A stretch of DNA of 64,000 nt. Source: Barthelona sp. PCE. Its lineage: Eukaryota. The stretch lies in the NCBI GenBank assembly GCA_040285745.1, contig JAUFOR010000001.1:558001-622000 (forward strand), written 5' to 3'. A model generated the notes under the pieces. That model did not search any database. It saw nothing but the letters and a program-made list of their open reading frames with translations, and was not told where the DNA came from. Of the stretch, positions 10,828 through 21,464 are shown piece by piece (position 1 is the first letter of the stretch; each line of letters starts with the position of its first letter). A program made the translations under genes and the position numbers.

Positions 10828-12759
10828 ATGCCAAGGATACAACCGCACATTGACTGCAGAATTGGTGTTGTAAACTCCAATTCTTCACGTAGCATTTTCA
10901 AGCCGAAGGGATTCAATCCTAAATCAGAAGCAACTTTTATGGTCATTCATAATCATAAAGATCGTATAGATTTACCAGAAAACTGTTCATTTTTGCGTCA
11001 ATGCGGCAGTCAATGTATTATCTATATGGATGACGATCACAAACGGGATGTTAAGACTAGAACTACGCTGTATAAACTCGTCGGAAAGAAATTCGAGGTG
11101 TTACGTACTGTTTCACTCAACGAATTAGATACCGATGTGAAATCGTACGTAGTTCTCAGTAATACATTTATAATAGCTCATTTAAGAGATAGTTCAATCA
11201 TAATTAACCTTTGTGCCGGAACAGTCCAGTGTTTTGACTACTTAGTTGATGAATATTTGAAAGCACCAGTTTTTTTTATGGGTGACGAACATGGCTGTAT
11301 GATACCTACCATCATTGATGAAGAGCTGAAACTCATAGAATTCCAAATTCCTTATGTAAGAGGATGTAGAATAGTTGAAATCATCAATTCAATACTTCCT
11401 TCTTACTTTTTTTTGGGGACATCAAAATTATTTCATGTAAGAATCGTTGAAGGGGTGGCAAGGGTCACTGAATACCCCTCAATTCATTTTCATTTGACGC
11501 ATTATCCGAAACAGTGTTTTCTTTACAACAATGTGTACTATTTTCACATGTCATCTTTAGGAGTTTTTGTCGGTTACAATTTGTCCGGTGACGTGCCTCT
11601 CCGCTCTGTAGATGCTTCCGGGACACGATATATGAGTCTGATGCACGTTGATGGTGTTGTGTATGGACTGGTTGACCGCTTCATGTATCCACTAGCTATA
11701 GAGTCCAATGTCGGTGGATACGGCATTGTCCCAAACGCCCATCACTCCATGGTGTGGAATGAGTTTTTCAAATTTCCAATGATTGCCAGTCCCCACCATG
11801 TTATAACCTTTGATTTGTTCGGTGAAACTCCAAGTGCTACAGTGTATGGAGCTGTTGAGGGGGACTCAAGACTGTTGTATGGACTGAATTCTAACTTTAA
11901 AAGGGGGAAAATAGTGACAAATCAAATATATTTGGAAAAGGAAGAATGTAGTGAAAATATGCTCGTTTATGATGAAGATAATCAACTTATACATAAAGAA
12001 AGGAACAGGGACGGATCCAACTTCTGCAAATTCTTGTTTGTATCAAATGCAATGATATATTTAGAAGGTGGCACTTCCGATGAAGTTTTTATTAAAGAAG
12101 GAAAGTTTTGTTTGGATGGTAACCTATGGTTCGATGTAAGAGCATCTGATAATGTTATCTGGTTTTCTGGGTCAAGTAATTTCGGTGTTGCACTCTTAGA
12201 TGAGTCAGGTAGTGTCATTCAATTTGATACATACAATGTTGATGTGGATAGCTATGATGATGTGATCCCGAATCTATATGATCCGTTGATGGCCCTGGTG
12301 TGCGGAGATGCGGTGAGCTGGGTAAGATATGATCCGGATACAAGAAGTTTTATCCGAAAAATCATTTGTGATGTTGAAGTTGGTTATCGAAACTGTTTTT
12401 TTCTGGACGATGACGTGGTGCTTTTGAAGGGAAAAATGTATCGCATTACCAATGATGGAGCCGAACGTATGGAAGTAGAGATTCCATGGAGTTGTAATTT
12501 TTCGAATTTGAAATTTGCTTATCATGGTTTTAAAAATACGATATATCGAACGCATTTGCGCCTTGATGGATACGATATGGTCTTTGATTCGCTAAAGTTC
12601 AACAATGATTTTTCCAGTTACGTTCTTGAAGAGAAACGTTACAATATTTTTGAATTGCTGTCAACCAACGCTGAATTTATCCCTATTTCCGAAGTGTGTG
12701 GACGGTTTCTAAACCAAATTTCTATGCACTACACATATGCACCGTATTATCTGGAATGA
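10828..12759 (+). CDS. Lineage-specific ~640-aa beta-rich family protein (copy 2)
   Basis: 643-aa ORF, clear paralog of 13354-15238 (MPRIQPHI vs MPRLNPHI; LDGYDMVFDSLKFNNDFSSY vs LDGYDITFDVLSFNHDYSSY). Confidence 0.75.
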   Translation: MPRIQPHIDCRIGVVNSNSSRSIFKPKGFNPKSEATFMVIHNHKDRIDLPENCSFLRQCGSQCIIYMDDDHKRDVKTRTTLYKLVGKKFEVLRTVSLNELDTDVKSYVVLSNTFIIAHLRDSSIIINLCAGTVQCFDYLVDEYLKAPVFFMGDEHGCMIPTIIDEELKLIEFQIPYVRGCRIVEIINSILPSYFFLGTSKLFHVRIVEGVARVTEYPSIHFHLTHYPKQCFLYNNVYYFHMSSLGVFVGYNLSGDVPLRSVDASGTRYMSLMHVDGVVYGLVDRFMYPLAIESNVGGYGIVPNAHHSMVWNEFFKFPMIASPHHVITFDLFGETPSATVYGAVEGDSRLLYGLNSNFKRGKIVTNQIYLEKEECSENMLVYDEDNQLIHKERNRDGSNFCKFLFVSNAMIYLEGGTSDEVFIKEGKFCLDGNLWFDVRASDNVIWFSGSSNFGVALLDESGSVIQFDTYNVDVDSYDDVIPNLYDPLMALVCGDAVSWVRYDPDTRSFIRKIICDVEVGYRNCFFLDDDVVLLKGKMYRITNDGAERMEVEIPWSCNFSNLKFAYHGFKNTIYRTHLRLDGYDMVFDSLKFNNDFSSYVLEEKRYNIFELLSTNAEFIPISEVCGRFLNQISMHYTYAPYYLE

Positions 12760-13353
12760 ATTTATTAATAACGCAATCAAATTGATTCATTCCATGTATT
12801 ATAATCCAATATCCTACTAAAAAGAGCTTTTTAAGTTCTAGAGAAGAAGTGATCTTTGTTTACCATTCTTACATCCTCTAGATCTAGGTTCTTAAGGAAC
12901 AAATATCTTACTAAATTCTGTTTTTTACATATTCAGCAGTAATGTTACTAAACTTTTTCTACTGTTTAACGAAATAATTCATTTTACTCATATTAGATGT
13001 TCATATATTTTATTTAAACCTGCTTAAGGAACTGTTGTAAAAGGTGATGTTGTATGTAGTTAAGTTCTGTTGGTGTTTGGAATTGATAAGCCGATATGCG
13101 CGTTTTACATCACAAAGGGACATCAGTTGTTGCACATCGGATATGTTTACTCATGTAAACTAATGGCTGGAATGTATTAACAATTCCTTTCAAAATTTAT
13201 TACTTAATTTTCGAAATACTTACTTCAAAATCACATAAACAGCATCTATAGCAAGTGTGTGAAGTTTGGGCTGTGAATTAGAACTCTGATTTTCATGTGT
13301 AATACTACATTCATCTTTTATCACATTGCGATCTCAAATATCGCACCAACATC

Positions 13354-15238
13354 ATGCCTCGTCTGAACCCCCACATTAGTTCCAGCACTGGCGTTGTTCA
13401 CCAAACACACCCAAATTTTGCACTTTTCGAACCTCATGGATACGTTCCTCCATCCAGAGACACCACATTTTTAATTGCACCAGACACAAAAAACCGTATA
13501 AGACTGCCCAAAGCATATTATTTGGTCAGGCACTGTATTTTAAGCAATATGGTATATGATAATCCTATGCAAAGTGATGAATCACATATTTCTCTTTACA
13601 AGCTCAATGATGGGAGTTTCCAAGAGATAAAGCAACTGGATTTGCAAAGATATGATGATTTGCAATTCTCAACCGTTTCTATTCTCAATGATCGGTTCGG
13701 TATTTTTTTTTTGACTCCAGGCATTGTTCAAGTGTGGACTTTTTAACAGGAAATGTAATAAGAAATGAATATAGTATCGTAAGGCACTCTCATTCCATGT
13801 TGATTTTTACCAACGGAACAAATTACTTAACTCCATCCATCATCAATGATTCGATAGAATTTATAACTATACAGGTACCCTTTAGTGCAAATACTAACGC
13901 TGTGGAGATTATTAACGCTGAAGTTCCAACAGTGATGCTTATCAATGCTGAATGTATATATTTAGTGACGATTGTAGACGGGATAGCGCACGTAGAGCAG
14001 GAGTTTGTGCACTTTGAGTTCGAACACAAGCCAGCTGAGGCGTTCTTAATTGATATGTTTATTACTTTTTTATACCTAATTTGCATAGAATTGTTGGGTA
14101 TAAGTATGAAGGTCAGTTCGCATATCGCCATGTCGAGGTTTCTCATACAATGTTCAGTAAGCTGATGTGCTTAAATGGAGAAATGTATCTTCTTTTCGAC
14201 GATTGGATGTACCCATTTGAAATACATAGTGATGTTAGAGGGTACGGTGTGCTGAAGGACATGCATTTTAAGGTGAACGTGAGGTCATTTAATTCGAAAA
14301 TTACACCAGTAATGGTTTCTGACCAGCACGTTTTATTCCTTGACATCTTCCGTTCTTCTCCTTGTTGCTTTATCCATGGAGCTTCAGAAGGGAATGACAA
14401 GGTGTTAGTGCTTGCAAACTCTTTGTTCAAACACAATGAAATAGTGTACACCCACCTTTATCATGATGGGTCGAAGTACGAAGTATATGAAGATAAAGAA
14501 TTTTGTCAACAGTTAGAAGAGGAAATGCCCAGATACAAGGAAGCGTGGTACACATCGAAAAACTTTGTACGTTTAAAGGATGGTCACTATCCCATTATGC
14601 AAGTAGGTTCGGATGAAATTGAGGGTGTTATTCGATCAAATAGTTGGTTTGAAGCGATACCTGTCAACGATGTCATGTGGTGTGCTGGTTCGAGTGAAGT
14701 TGGCCTTGTGATTTTTAACGACAATGGCGAGTTTAGTAGATTTCGATCGTTTGAGACAGTTGAAGATATGTATACTGATTTTACACCCAACCAGTACAAT
14801 CCAATGATGGCGGTCATACCCAAGGATGGACATGTAGATCTCGTTGTGTATGATGAAGTTGAAGATAAATTTTTGCACCTTTTTGTGAATGAAGGTTATT
14901 CCAGCAGTGGGGATTATATGTTCATTGATGCTGATGTTTTTTTGCATATTGACATGTTGTATCGTGTTAACAGCGATGGAGTTGAGAGAATTGATTTAGA
15001 ACTGCCATGGGACTTGAAGTACACACATTATGTTACTTATTTATCAGTCAAAAGAGGAACCATAACGCGATTAAGCACATGTTTGGACGGGTACGACATA
15101 ACATTTGATGTTTTGTCATTTAACCATGATTATTCAAGCTATGTTATTGAGCAGAAACGAGTCAATGTTCTTGAACTGATTTTACAACAATGTGAGTTCT
15201 TTCCTGTTTCTTCTATTAGCACAAAAATGAAGCGTTAG
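13354..15238 (+). pseudogene. Family copy 3 split by two frameshifts (pseudogene or sequence error)
   Basis: ORFs 13354-13746, 13734-14165 and 14081-15238 are consecutive pieces colinear with 10828-12759; shifts near the T10 run 13703-13712 and near 14055. Confidence 0.75.
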
Positions 15239-15415
15239 TTTAGCTTATCTGATCTGTTCACACTTTTTAAGAGGGAAGAAAGAAAATATGCCTGAGCAAA
15301 TTGACGTGTTATAGTAGCGCATAATTCAAGTGAATTATTAAGACAACAAGCAATAAAACGAGCATTTACACTGCAAATGCTAATTGACATGCTTAACAAA
15401 GTGTTTTTTCATTTC

Positions 15416-16939
15416 ATGTCTTTATCGCATCTTTTTCTCACAGTATTTATTGTAATCACGTTTGTTCACGGTCAAACTCCCGAGAATATGCCAGATCTTG
15501 ATGAATATCAATTGCCACGTTATCATTTTAATCCAGGACTGCAATTTGACGAGTGGTGGATTAACGATCCCATTGGAACGTTCAAGTACAAGGGTAAATG
15601 GCACCTTTTCTATCAGCTAAACCCGTATGGGTCTACTTGGGGTAATATTTCATGGGGGCATGCCGTGTCTGACGATTTGGTTCATTGGAAGCACCTACCC
15701 ATCGCTATATCCCCAACAGAGCATTATGAGACTGATGGATGTTGGTCAGGAAGCGCATTCATAGATGATGACGGTATACCGGGCTTATGGTACACTGCAG
15801 CACGACCTGAAGTACAGTGTCTTGCGCGTCCAAAGGACCCAAGCGACCCTGAGCTCCGGGAATGGATTAAGGATGAAAATAACCCCATAATGACACAGCA
15901 ACCAGAACATGCCACTGGATGGAGAGACCCTGTCGTCAAGAAGATGGCAGATGGACGTTGGCAGATGGTGTTGGGAGGCGGAACCAACGCCAATAACCAG
16001 TACGTAGGGGCGGTATTTGTTTACTATAGCAGCTCTCCAACCGGACCATTTGAGTACTCCGGAAACATGCTTGACTCTACAGAAATACAGAGTGGACCTG
16101 TATTCCAAGTGTGGGAGTGCCCCATTCCAGTCCGAGAGGCCGATAATAAGGGTTTCATTCTCATTTCAGCCGAAAATGTTGAAGACCCCAAGCACGAAAT
16201 TGTGATTTCCGGTGAATTCAGGGAAGATAACACGTTCGAGGGCACTGTATCACAGGCAATAGACACGGGAGTTGTTTATGCTTCACGCAATTTCATTGAC
16301 ACGAATATATTCATTGGTTGGCTCCGAGAATCGTTGACGAGCAAAGCCCTTTTGCATCGCAGCTGGGCAGGTTCTATGACTCTGCCCCGCGACTACACCC
16401 TTGTGAGCGGTTTCTTGCAGGTGAAGCCAAACGATGCGTACAAGCTACTGAGGAAAGAAAATACTGTGGAAGAGTACAACCTTACCGTATCACCTCAGAT
16501 CATTGGAACAGCTTTCCAACATGAAGTCGTGCTCCGCTTCAACGAAACAGAAGGGGTTCAGCTTTGGCAATTTACAGTTCTAGCAAGTGAAACAACAAAG
16601 AAAGGAGTCGATATTTTTGTGAAAAACGATAATGGAATGATGATTTTGAGTACTGACAACGCCGAGACGGATGTTGATCCGATGGAATGTGTCAAAGGAG
16701 CCTTCAAACCTACGACATCTATTTGGATCGGTGGTGAAGAGCATGTTGTTCGCATTTTCGTGGACAGGAGCGTCGTTGAGGTGTACCATAACGATAGGTC
16801 GGTGCTCTCAGCCAGAGCTTATCTTGATGAGCACCACACAAGGATTCTAGGCTTTGTGCATTCAGATAACAAAGACATACTTACACATTGCACCATCACT
16901 ACCTATCTCATGGAGGATGTGAACTTGAATAAAGAATAG
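15416..16939 (+). CDS. Secreted GH32 beta-fructofuranosidase/invertase
   Basis: WINDPIG nucleophile motif, WGHAVSDDLVHW, WSGS, RDP, WECP, VDRSVVEVY; signal peptide from ATG 15416 (ORF opens at 15377). Confidence 0.92.
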   Translation: MSLSHLFLTVFIVITFVHGQTPENMPDLDEYQLPRYHFNPGLQFDEWWINDPIGTFKYKGKWHLFYQLNPYGSTWGNISWGHAVSDDLVHWKHLPIAISPTEHYETDGCWSGSAFIDDDGIPGLWYTAARPEVQCLARPKDPSDPELREWIKDENNPIMTQQPEHATGWRDPVVKKMADGRWQMVLGGGTNANNQYVGAVFVYYSSSPTGPFEYSGNMLDSTEIQSGPVFQVWECPIPVREADNKGFILISAENVEDPKHEIVISGEFREDNTFEGTVSQAIDTGVVYASRNFIDTNIFIGWLRESLTSKALLHRSWAGSMTLPRDYTLVSGFLQVKPNDAYKLLRKENTVEEYNLTVSPQIIGTAFQHEVVLRFNETEGVQLWQFTVLASETTKKGVDIFVKNDNGMMILSTDNAETDVDPMECVKGAFKPTTSIWIGGEEHVVRIFVDRSVVEVYHNDRSVLSARAYLDEHHTRILGFVHSDNKDILTHCTITTYLMEDVNLNKE

Positions 16940-16946
16940 TTAGTCT

Positions 16947-17375
16947 TTAGAGTTTGGTAACAGATAAAACAACGGTCATTGAACTCACTGCTCTCTTCTG
17001 TTCAAAATCCTCCTCATCAAAGTGTGCTCGATCAGTAACCTCGATCGTATCTGTTGTTATTTCCTCGCTGAGTGGAATAGGACACGTCCTCTTAACTCGA
17101 TTGACAATATCAAGTAAGTTAACGATTCCGTTGCCCAAAGATGAAACTATCATCTGCTGCTCTCCCTTTAACACGAACATTTCTGTGATGTAGGCTACGT
17201 ATGAATGCCTGGGGGTTGTGGTTGTTACTTTAACGTGCTTTGGATCGTATTCCGGATTGAGAGGCATTCGCTGCCATCTTACACCCTGTGGCAACTGTAC
17301 ACGCGCATATGAATTCTTGATTTCCTCAAGCTTATCGAATGAAGCTTGCATGATATGGGTGAAAAGTATAAACAC
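16947..17375 (-). CDS. Alba-domain nucleic-acid-binding protein (Rpp25/Alba-like)
   Basis: VKVT..RHSYVAY, IVSSLGNGIVNLLDIVNRVKR, KRAVSSMTVVLS. Confidence 0.7.
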   Translation of the reverse strand: MFILFTHIMQASFDKLEEIKNSYARVQLPQGVRWQRMPLNPEYDPKHVKVTTTTPRHSYVAYITEMFVLKGEQQMIVSSLGNGIVNLLDIVNRVKRTCPIPLSEEITTDTIEVTDRAHFDEEDFEQKRAVSSMTVVLSVTKL

Positions 17376-17541
17376 ATGTTTTTGTCGATTTTTGGGTCAC
17401 GTACAACTAGTTAGTGATGGGATCTGCATGGCTGAGCATAAGCAAAACTACAAAACGAAAATATGGAGATGTTTTAGCCTTTTCAACCACTTTCGGATAT
17501 TAACGCGTTCTTTTTCGTGATTGCGATATATTCTGGGCAAA

Positions 17542-18309
17542 ATGCGAGATTTGACAGAAACTTTTATGATGTTAACAAACGGAACAACCGTTCAACCTCG
17601 AGCACCATCACATTACCGTGATTATGATATCCAGACGCAGTTCATGTCGGTTGCCTCTCCTATACTCATTGATCTGATATCCATTGAACATGCATTTGAA
17701 GAAAACAAGGAGCTTCTTTACAGTAGCAACGTATTGGGTAAAGAGATGCTGTATCTCACCACTAAGTTCTCTCAATCCCTCACAGATCTCCAGGAGCTGC
17801 ATTCCACCATTATATTTCGAGCTCAAACCATCTCTACATTCTGCAATGGCGTATGTCAGTGTCTAGCGAGTCGTTTGACCGATCTCAACACCAAAATGGA
17901 CGAATGCAGACGGGTACGTATACTAACGATCCGTGATAATCATATACCCATGAAGAACACATCACCTTCATATGCTTCTGGCAATGATAGCAATAGTGCA
18001 GGTCTCCAAAAGCAGAACCAAGAGATGGTGCAAATGCACGTATCTATACAGGAATCAGTTGTGAAGACTGAAAGAAGCATGAACGAGATCAGCGAGATGA
18101 TGCAAGCAATGATGAACGAGCTGGCCAGTCAACAAGACGATATATATCAGGTTGTCACCAACACAGACCAGGTGGAAAACACCTTTGAGGAGGCGATAGA
18201 TTATCTTTCTGATGCTTTAAAGAGTAGCTCATGGTCTAAATCTTTTTTGGCTAAATTTTTTTTGGTTCTAACAATGATCATTTGGATGTATCACTTTTTA
18301 CATGATTAG
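17542..18309 (+). CDS. Qa-SNARE, syntaxin-5/Sed5-like
   Basis: N-terminal MRDLTETF (RDRTxEF-like), SNARE coiled coil with central Q (LASQQDD), C-terminal TM anchor. Confidence 0.75.
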   Translation: MRDLTETFMMLTNGTTVQPRAPSHYRDYDIQTQFMSVASPILIDLISIEHAFEENKELLYSSNVLGKEMLYLTTKFSQSLTDLQELHSTIIFRAQTISTFCNGVCQCLASRLTDLNTKMDECRRVRILTIRDNHIPMKNTSPSYASGNDSNSAGLQKQNQEMVQMHVSIQESVVKTERSMNEISEMMQAMMNELASQQDDIYQVVTNTDQVENTFEEAIDYLSDALKSSSWSKSFLAKFFLVLTMIIWMYHFLHD

Positions 18310-18572
18310 ATATTGTTGTATTATAAGGTAGCGAATATAATGGTTTGTTTTAATCTGCTTTTAGGTTAAAATAACGAGTTTTTTTAAGTATGATTAATAA
18401 AATTAAATTTATGATAAAATTTGAAGATTTATTTTGTGTTGGTAAAAAAAAAATTAGGTAGACAACAGGAATTTAGAAACGATACGGTAACAAGGGAAGG
18501 CTGCTAAAAAAAAAGATAGCGAGCAAAAAGGGGAAGGATTATGTGCAAAAGGTGTGGGTGATAAGTAAGTTA

Positions 18573-19235
18573 TTAAGCAGTGTACAGTGACATGTCATCG
18601 AAACCATAATAATCAAAAGAATCATAATTATTATTTCTGTACTGATGTGAATCACCAATCTCTGTGGGAGAAGGTCTCTCAATCATCTGCATCTTTGTTT
18701 CGGATGACAATTGATCATCTATGCTTTGAATTACATTACTTAAAGAATTACACCAAAAGCCAGCTTCGCCTTTGTTAAATAGCTCAAGCCACTCTTCGTA
18801 GCCTTCACCAATATCATTCTCATCCAGGTCATCAATGTTGGTAACGTGGGTTTTAAGGTCTTTGCGCAGTGTTTTACCCTCAATGGGGATATGCGGAATG
18901 TCATTAATATGTGGACAAGATAAATGCAAATTATTAATGGCAACATGCACAACTTCAGAGTCATCGTCGAGAACATCGACTCGAAGAATAAGACATAAAC
19001 TCTCTGAGTCACAGTATCGTGACTTGTATTGATACACTTCACCAGGACAAATTTCTTGAATAGAAGTGGTAGTAGAAGTTCGCCAGCGTCGTGAAGTCTG
19101 TCTGCGCTTGGATGTACGCTTCAAATTTGTTGGAAACACCTCCCCTTCAATGGTTATGGAAAGGTCATCCATGCTCATATTTGAATCCATGGTCATATTT
19201 GAATTATTTCTGTTCATATTGTTATTCATGTTCAT
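18573..19235 (-). CDS. Hypothetical protein: Met/Asn low-complexity N-terminus plus a compact globular domain
   Basis: 220-aa ATG ORF; PGEVYQYKSR, VVHVAI, IPHIPI, EGYEEW, GEAGFW motif string. Confidence 0.7.
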   Translation of the reverse strand: MNMNNNMNRNNSNMTMDSNMSMDDLSITIEGEVFPTNLKRTSKRRQTSRRWRTSTTTSIQEICPGEVYQYKSRYCDSESLCLILRVDVLDDDSEVVHVAINNLHLSCPHINDIPHIPIEGKTLRKDLKTHVTNIDDLDENDIGEGYEEWLELFNKGEAGFWCNSLSNVIQSIDDQLSSETKMQMIERPSPTEIGDSHQYRNNNYDSFDYYGFDDMSLYTA

Positions 19236-20136
19236 GTTAATGGGTTAATTTGTTAGTTCTAAGAAAGAAAGAAGTGAAATTTAGTTAAGTAAGTTACTGA
19301 TCGAACTTTGCTACTCTACCGTGGCTGTGGTGTTTTCTAAGGTATTTGAGATCGCACACGTGTTTAAATAGTTGAGATAGGAAGTTCGTAAACGTAATCA
19401 TCCATGTCTCAATGAGCCGAAAAACATTTGATTTCGTTTTACTAGAAATTGGGGTCTTTCTGTGCTTTTAAACACATTTATGTGTTTATGAGCTTAAAAA
19501 TTAAAAACTCCAATTCCATTTGGCTTACTTCATGTGCCTTTGGTTCCAACCTTCTGTCCAACCTCAAAGGGGCGTACGTGAGCTGCTTGTGCTCAGCTAC
19601 ACAATATATAATAACGGTCAAAGAGGTTTTAAAGCAAAATTCAGCGAATTTTCATAAATATCCACTATTTCGGTAATAAAATCAACTTCGCACTGTCAAC
19701 CTGGATACTTTTCAATCTTAAAGTTAATGAAGTGAAGCAAAACACTGTCTGAGCACAAAGAATCTTTCTGAACTTGAAAGTGAATTTACCGCCCAAAATA
19801 ATTCAGGTAGGCTCATTTCTGATTTCTTACCGCCAATAAACCATTAAAACCTGTTTATATTTCATTTTATTGAACCTGCTCAGAAAAGCTTTCTCCACAT
19901 GCTAATATCAAAAAAATTCTCTGGTCCTGCACAATATACATTACTTAGTGTACAATAAATCAGTAAATGAACTCGGTTCTTTAAAGAATGAGCCTCAATT
20001 TTTCCCTGCTCAAATGAGGTCCTGTTTTCAGTATAAGTATTATGTAACGAAATGGTTCTTCCTTTAGCCCGAAATATTGCGTATACAACCAGAACCCACG
20101 TCAAAAAAGAGTATTATCAACATTACAACCCATATC

Positions 20137-21456
20137 ATGACGTCTTTTGTCAAAATTGAGGTTCACGCCCACCTTAACGGGTGTGTACGCATGGAAACAT
20201 TGAAGGAACTTTACGCAAAACATTACCCAGATGAGGATATTGATCTTTCTCTTCCTGATAACCTTGATGAATGTTTTCATCTCTTTGATGCCATACACAA
20301 GGTTACCTTATTCAAGGAAAACGTGCGTAGAATTGCATTTGAGGTCGTCAGCGATTTTGCTAAAGACCGAGTTATTTATCTCGAGCTTCGCACAACCGTT
20401 CATGAAACTGAGAACTTCACCATGGAAGAGTACATCCAAGAGGTATACACGGGTGTTCGTGAAGCAACCCGTGTTAACCCTTCAATCACTGTTCGTCTAA
20501 TTCTAAGCATCAATCGCAAATCACCTGAAAAGATAGATTCTATCGTCAATCTCATTCAGAGGTCGATGATGAAGTACCCTGACTTTATCGTAGGTGTTGA
20601 TCTGGCTGGTAATCCTTCACTTAATACTTTTCAAGAATTTGTACCGGCTCTTACTGCGCTCCGTAACATGGGACTTTCCATAACGCTCCATTTCGCCGAG
20701 CTCATGAACAAGGAGGAACAGCAGGCTATGATAGACTTTAACCCTGATCGTCTTGGTCATGCCGTTCGTGTAAGCAATGATACAACATTTAGTGATACAA
20801 AAACCCCAGTGGAGGTGTGTTTGTCCTCAAATGTTTTCACCAAGTCAGTGGAAAGCGCAGAAACGCACCCTATGAAACTGGAGCACAAAAAGAGACCACT
20901 TTTCTTCTGTACAGACGATACTCTCCTTTTCAACAACACGCCAAGCACAGAGCTCGAGCTTGCGCTCACTGCTTTTGAGCTAGATGAGAAACAGGTATTG
21001 GAAATTCTTTTCGAATCAGTCAATCATCTTTTTTGCAAACGTCCAACAATGGATCACATACGTAAACAGATTATATATCATGCGTTCAGCAGAGGCGTCG
21101 ACGCAGCATTCCTAGATTACTTTACAGTTGTCGTGGATTCCTTCGATGAAGCAAATCGTATCCATCAGGAGTCAATCGAAAGTGGAGACGAAACCTTTTT
21201 TTATTTTTACTCGGATTGGTGTCCGGACTGCATCGCATCAAAGGAAATCCTCAACAGGGTTCCTCCGGTGCAGCCTATGGTTATGGTGAATGTTGGTGAG
21301 AAACCGTACTGGAAAGACCAAGAAAATGAGTATAGGACAGAAATGAATATTAACTGTATCCCCACGCTTCAGCTTGTCTCGAGCTTTGAGGTGGTTGCAT
21401 CTTTCGGGGAACAGGAGTGTCAGAACGAAGATCTTTTGATGGAATTACTCTTGTAA
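20137..21456 (+). CDS. Adenosine-deaminase-like (ADAL/MAPDA) protein fused to a C-terminal TRP14/TXNDC17-type thioredoxin
   Basis: KIEVHAHLNG, YLELRTT, VDLAGNP, LHFAE, RLGHA, VEVCLSSN, CTDD; then SDWCPDC, VNVGEKPYWKD, CIPTL in the same frame. Confidence 0.88.
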   Translation: MTSFVKIEVHAHLNGCVRMETLKELYAKHYPDEDIDLSLPDNLDECFHLFDAIHKVTLFKENVRRIAFEVVSDFAKDRVIYLELRTTVHETENFTMEEYIQEVYTGVREATRVNPSITVRLILSINRKSPEKIDSIVNLIQRSMMKYPDFIVGVDLAGNPSLNTFQEFVPALTALRNMGLSITLHFAELMNKEEQQAMIDFNPDRLGHAVRVSNDTTFSDTKTPVEVCLSSNVFTKSVESAETHPMKLEHKKRPLFFCTDDTLLFNNTPSTELELALTAFELDEKQVLEILFESVNHLFCKRPTMDHIRKQIIYHAFSRGVDAAFLDYFTVVVDSFDEANRIHQESIESGDETFFYFYSDWCPDCIASKEILNRVPPVQPMVMVNVGEKPYWKDQENEYRTEMNINCIPTLQLVSSFEVVASFGEQECQNEDLLMELLL

Positions 21457-21464
21457 ATAACAAA

